DNA of 12,444 nt from Octopus sinensis (lineage: Eukaryota), in NCBI RefSeq assembly GCF_006345805.1, contig NW_021826595.1, positions 1 to 12,444 of the forward strand, in the 5' to 3' direction. Shown here piece after piece: positions 8,968-12,444 of the stretch. The notes below the pieces were generated by a model that saw only the letters and a list, made by a program, of their open reading frames with translations, was not told where the DNA came from and ran no database searches. The first letter of the stretch is position 1. Each line of letters begins with the position of its first letter. Position numbers and translations under genes: made by a program.

Positions 8968-9013
8968 AAAACTGTTACTCAGAGTTTTACGTTCTCGTTC
9001 GTCGGACAGTTTT
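8968..9013 (-). ncRNA. Type I hammerhead ribozyme motif, variant core (CCGACGA; G12>A in this copy)
   Basis: AAAACTGT-CCGACGA-ACG agaa CGT-AAAA-CTC t GAG-TA-ACAGTTTT. It has a perfect 8-bp stem I, a 3-bp stem II with a tetraloop, a near-palindromic stem III and a GUA triplet at 8978-8976. Confidence 0.65.
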
Positions 9014-9231
9014 GTTTCGAATGGAACACAAATAAGTTTATAAAACCGTTAGCTGAAGGACCAATGAAAATGCCATTTCAAATGTGTATCCATTAAACTA
9101 ATATTAAGTTTGCATAACCAAAATAACACCATGCCTCTTCATTCCTTAGGCAAAAATTACATACAGTTAGCAAAAACGTAGCAATACCCCCCAAAAATGT
9201 ATGTCCTCAAATACCCTACGCACCCTATATA

Positions 9232-9233
<2 letters not shown>

Positions 9234-9276
<43 letters not shown>
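9234..9276. repeat. (TA)n microsatellite
   Basis: Read directly from the sequence. Confidence 0.97.
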
Positions 9277-9279
<3 letters not shown>

Positions 9280-9297
9280 AATATGTATGTATATAAT

Positions 9298-9521
9298 ATG
9301 AGGGGTTTAACATTTTACATTCGATGGATATTTATCCTCATCTTGTTTGTTGTTAACAAAACGTTTCGGCTGATGTACCCTCCAGCCTTCTTCAGGTGTC
9401 TTGGGGAAATTTCGAACGCGGTTTCTCATTCCTAAGGTATTATTCGATGTTAATATTATTATTGTTGTTGTTGTTGTTGTTCACGTCACAGCTTGGAATC
9501 GAACTCGGAATCTTGGGGTTA
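9298..9521 (-). mobile_element. 5'-truncated inverted copy of a tRNA-head + (AAY)n + HHR-tail element
   Basis: It aligns in reverse complement to 9564-9625 (head and linker) and 10120-10254 (tail). Confidence 0.85.
9356..9399 (-). ncRNA. Minimal type I hammerhead ribozyme motif
   Basis: ACAC-CTGAAGA-A-GGCTG(gagggtacat)CAGCC-GAAA-CG-TT-TTGT. The core is canonical CUGANGA/GAAA with a 5-bp stem II. Stem III is reduced to the ACGU palindrome and the triplet is GUU. Stem I has one mismatch, where the sister copy has GTGT at 10189-10192. Confidence 0.7.
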
Positions 9522-9528
9522 AGAGCGT

Positions 9529-9612
9529 GGGTATATGGCATAGTGGTTATGAGCGCGGGCTACTAACCTCAAGATTCCGAGTTCGAGTCCAAGCAGTGGC
9601 CTGAACAACAAC

Positions 9613-9650
<38 letters not shown>

Positions 9651-10082
9651 TAATAATAATAATAACCACAGATTTTCTTGTCAGTTGTTTGACTTTAACC
9701 AGTTGAGTATGTCCCTTAGTGGCTGACGATATGTGCATCTCTGATCACGAGCAGAAGTAGTGGGGGAGCACATAGCCATGTGTTGAGAGGGATTCTTGGG
9801 GTTGAAATAATCCACCTCTGGAAACATGGATAGTTCTTTCAACATCCTTAAACAACCCTTATTTCAGGGACCTTTTGAGCGGGATGGGCTACACAACCTG
9901 AAAAAAATTCTAACTGGGCCCCCACCTGTAAGGTCATGTGCTGTTTATCCTTGATATGAGATCACCATGTCGCGCACATATGTTGTGATGCATGTGCCTG
10001 GTGTACCTTATCAGACGGGTAATATTGGCTTCGTATATTTTACCCCAGTGTCACTTTGATGGCATGTACTGCTCTCTCACTC

Positions 10083-10120
<38 letters not shown>

Positions 10121-10254
10121 AGCATCGAAAAATACCTTAGGAATGAGAACCCAGATTCGAAATTTCCCCAGTTTCTCTCAGAAACGTTGTGTTAACAACA
10201 AACTAGACGTGGACAAATATCCGTTGAATGTAAATAATGTACATAATTCCTCAT
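9529..10254 (+). mobile_element. Full-head copy of the tRNA-head/HHR-tail element, interrupted by a 417-nt insertion and with the HHR core lost
   Basis: It has an A box TGGCATAGTGG (9536-9546), a B box GTTCGAGTCC (9581-9590) and an (AAC)/(AAT)n linker. The tail resumes at about 10120 and keeps only GAAACGTTGTGT (10181-10192) of the HHR. Confidence 0.8.
9666..10082 (+). mobile_element. Insertion flanked by (AAT)n on both sides; probably the 5'-truncated 3' end of a non-LTR retrotransposon
   Basis: It is absent from the sister copy (empty site at about 9455-9482). It is more GC-rich than the flanks, has no recognisable ORF and ends in …CTCTCTCACTC-(AAT)n. Confidence 0.65.
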
Positions 10255-10502
10255 CTTTTAAATATAGGACAGTATGAGGGTTTAGTTCACTGGTGATCTA
10301 AACGAATAGGTACGATAAGTAGGTGCAATAATTGGGTATCTGCTTGGTTCCAAGTTCACAGGTGACGCTGCAATTAGTGATCCGTGTTCGGATTCCGTAT
10401 TAGCTCGTATATATTATATTAGAGGAAAATGCCAACAAGAAACAAGGCAGGGCGTGTATCTCAAGTCTATTAGAATAATTTAATTAGGGTAAGTTGAATT
10501 TG

Positions 10503-10735
10503 AGTGTGTGTGTCTGTGTGCGTGTGTATGTGTGTTAGTGTGCATTTTTGCGCTTGTTTTTGTCCCCCACCATTGCTGAGCAACCGGAGTTAGTATCGGC
10601 AAAGGTTACCGATAGAATAACAGCAAGGCTGTACAAAAAATTATAAGTAATAGGGTCAATTTTTTCGACTAAAATTCTTTATTGCAATGTCCTTGGCCCT
10701 GCATAGCCAGCCGCAGTTTAATGACTGAAGCGAAA
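10503..10735 (+). mobile_element. 3' half of the (GT)n-containing SINE family seen at 8385-8765
   Basis: (GT)n is followed by …CGGCAAAGG…, …TCGACTAAAATT… and …GCAGTTTAATGACTGAA, similar to 8650-8745. Confidence 0.6.
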
Positions 10736-10806
10736 AAACGAATTTCCGTAAATATTATTTTTTGTTCTCAGCAGTTATTTTCTATAACTCTAACAATGCA
10801 TAACAC

Positions 10807-11071
10807 ATCACTGTGACCGACACATCATTGGTCACAATGCACTTCGCATTGTTTTAGTCTTCAAATGACGCCACCCTGCTGGCTAAGCGAGCAAGCCAAC
10901 AGAAGAAAGAGTGAGAGAAAGTTGTAGCGAAAGAGTACAGCAGGGATCGCCACCACCGTGGCGCTTTTGGTGTTTTCGCTCAACACTCACAACGCCCGGT
11001 CTGGGAATTGAAACCGCAATCCTACGACCGCGAGTCCGGTGCACTAACCTACAGGGCCAATGCGCTTCCAC
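10807..11071 (-). mobile_element. tRNA-derived SINE (head type A + tail type 2)
   Basis: The minus strand begins GTGGAAGCGCATTGGCCCTGTAGGTTAGTGC, homologous to the head at 429-238. The 3' part (…GCTTAGCCAGCAGGGTGGCGTCATTTGAAG…GTCGGTCACAGTGAT) is unrelated to 110-207. Confidence 0.85.
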
Positions 11072-11519
11072 GCATAACACATGAGTGTTATAACATTTCT
11101 ACTCTTGGAAGCACATTTGTGACCAAACTTTGGAATGGTTCTGCTGAATAGTTATGTATAGTAGCGATTATTGTAGAAATGCTTTTATAGTATGGTTCAA
11201 GACTTTTAGTAATATTTGAAGTCTCATGTATTCGATAATTATTTTGGGAGTCCATGTAGCAACATGCCGACATGTATGTATGGATGGATGCGTATTTGTG
11301 GGTGCGGGCGTGCGTACGTAGGTGTGTTGGTGGAGAAGTGTGCACGCATGTATGCGTGTAAAACTGTGAAGAACTCCATTCATTTCGCCCCTACAACCAT
11401 TAATTTGATGTTTTGAATATCCGAAACGTTGCATACTCCTTTCCTCGTAGCAATTTCACTGTACTCTTATTGTCAATTTTCTCAAATAAGGCAAACAGTC
11501 TCTTTGAACTCTGGTCCAC

Positions 11520-11632
11520 ACACATACACACACACACATACACACACTCACACTCACACACATAGAAAAACACACGCGCATACTCACACACAGACACACA
11601 CATACGTGTGTATGTATATATGTATATGCATG
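11520..11632. repeat. (CA)n/(TA)n microsatellite
   Basis: Read directly from the sequence. Confidence 0.92.
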
Positions 11633-11805
11633 TTATAAAGTAGGATACTAACAGTTCGGTGATTTGGGGCTACCTCAAATTATTTCCTTTCGGGGCGCGT
11701 TGATTTTAAACGGCTGATGATTTTAAAGGGCTGAATGTGCTTAGTTATGTAGCAGTAAAATATAACATACTATGTCCTACCGGACATAGGTTATATTTGT
11801 GCGCC

Positions 11806-12032
11806 GTGTGTGTGTGTTGTCTTTGTGTGTGTATGTGTGTGTGCGCGCGCGTGTGTGAATGTGTGTGTGTGAGAGCTTATAGAGAGAAACAGGAACGGAG
11901 ACAGAGAATGAGAGTGAGATAGAGAGAGAGATAGGGAAGAAACATCCAGATAGACACACGCGCACACACCCACCCATATAATATAAATATGTGCATATAT
12001 ATGCATATATATATATTATATATATATTATCT

Positions 12033-12069
<37 letters not shown>

Positions 12070-12330
12070 GTATAACAAACTTTCAGCAAGTATGTATATA
12101 TATATCATATACATATGTATATGTATGTATGTATATGTATGTTGTATGCATATACATATATATATATATATATTATATATATAAGCATGCACATACATGT
12201 GTATTTACGAGCGTATACATACATACGTGTGTGTGTGTGTTTTTAGAGAGAGTGCAGTGGGAGAGAGAAGGCGAGAGAAAAGGGGGAATAGAGAGGGAGG
12301 TGCGAGGCAGATAGAGACAGGCATAAAGGC
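11806..12330. repeat. Compound (TG)n, (GA)n, (CA)n and (TA)n low-complexity region
   Basis: Read directly from the sequence. Confidence 0.9.
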
Positions 12331-12444
12331 TGTCAAGGGAGGAGTGAAAGATCTGATTCTCTGTCAAGCTGCATGAGAGTGATAGAAATGCGTGTGTGTA
12401 AAATGTGTTTGCGTTAGAAGCAATCTTGTGAATCTTAGAACTGA

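Noticed and set aside
9529-9605. Possible true tRNA gene (good A and B boxes)
   Set aside because: I could not fold a convincing acceptor stem, and it continues into a repeat tail that is duplicated nearby, so it is a SINE head. The same applies to the other heads.
10171-10192. Second HHR in the plus-strand tRNA-head element
   Set aside because: The CUGAAGA core and stem II are replaced by a short unrelated stretch, so it is a relic that cannot be active.
11421-11431. CCGAAACGTTG, similar to the 9356-9399 family 3' half
   Set aside because: The upstream core and stem II are absent and the flanks do not align to that family.
11714-11720. CTGATGA half-core
   Set aside because: No downstream GAAA or helices.

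Overview
Repeat-saturated, AT-rich animal genomic DNA with no recognisable protein-coding gene. The ORF-track entries are mostly translations of microsatellites and repeats. The mix of (TA)n/(TATG)n/(TG)n microsatellites and tRNA-headed SINE families resembles octopus (coleoid cephalopod) DNA, but that assignment is from recall, not a search. The main signal is a set of type I hammerhead-ribozyme (HHR) motifs from four unrelated element families: 3058-3109(-), 5674-5770(-)/6306-6401(+), 8968-9013(-) and 9356-9399(-), plus a relic at 10181-10192. All have a self-complementary stem III, and two share a non-canonical CCGANGA core. They sit in elements with Penelope-like (PLE) or retrozyme features: partial-tandem repeats, head-to-head inverted 5'-truncated copies, and one decayed GIY-YIG-like C-terminus. 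One element joins a Pol III tRNA-like head (A and B boxes) to an HHR-bearing tail, suggesting a ribozyme-carrying SINE mobilised by PLE machinery. Another is a ~470-nt HHR unit present as 1.33 tandem copies plus an inverted copy that carries a piece of local flank. Several modular SINEs and a nested (AAT)n-flanked insertion are also present. No ribozyme activity, family name or species has been verified.
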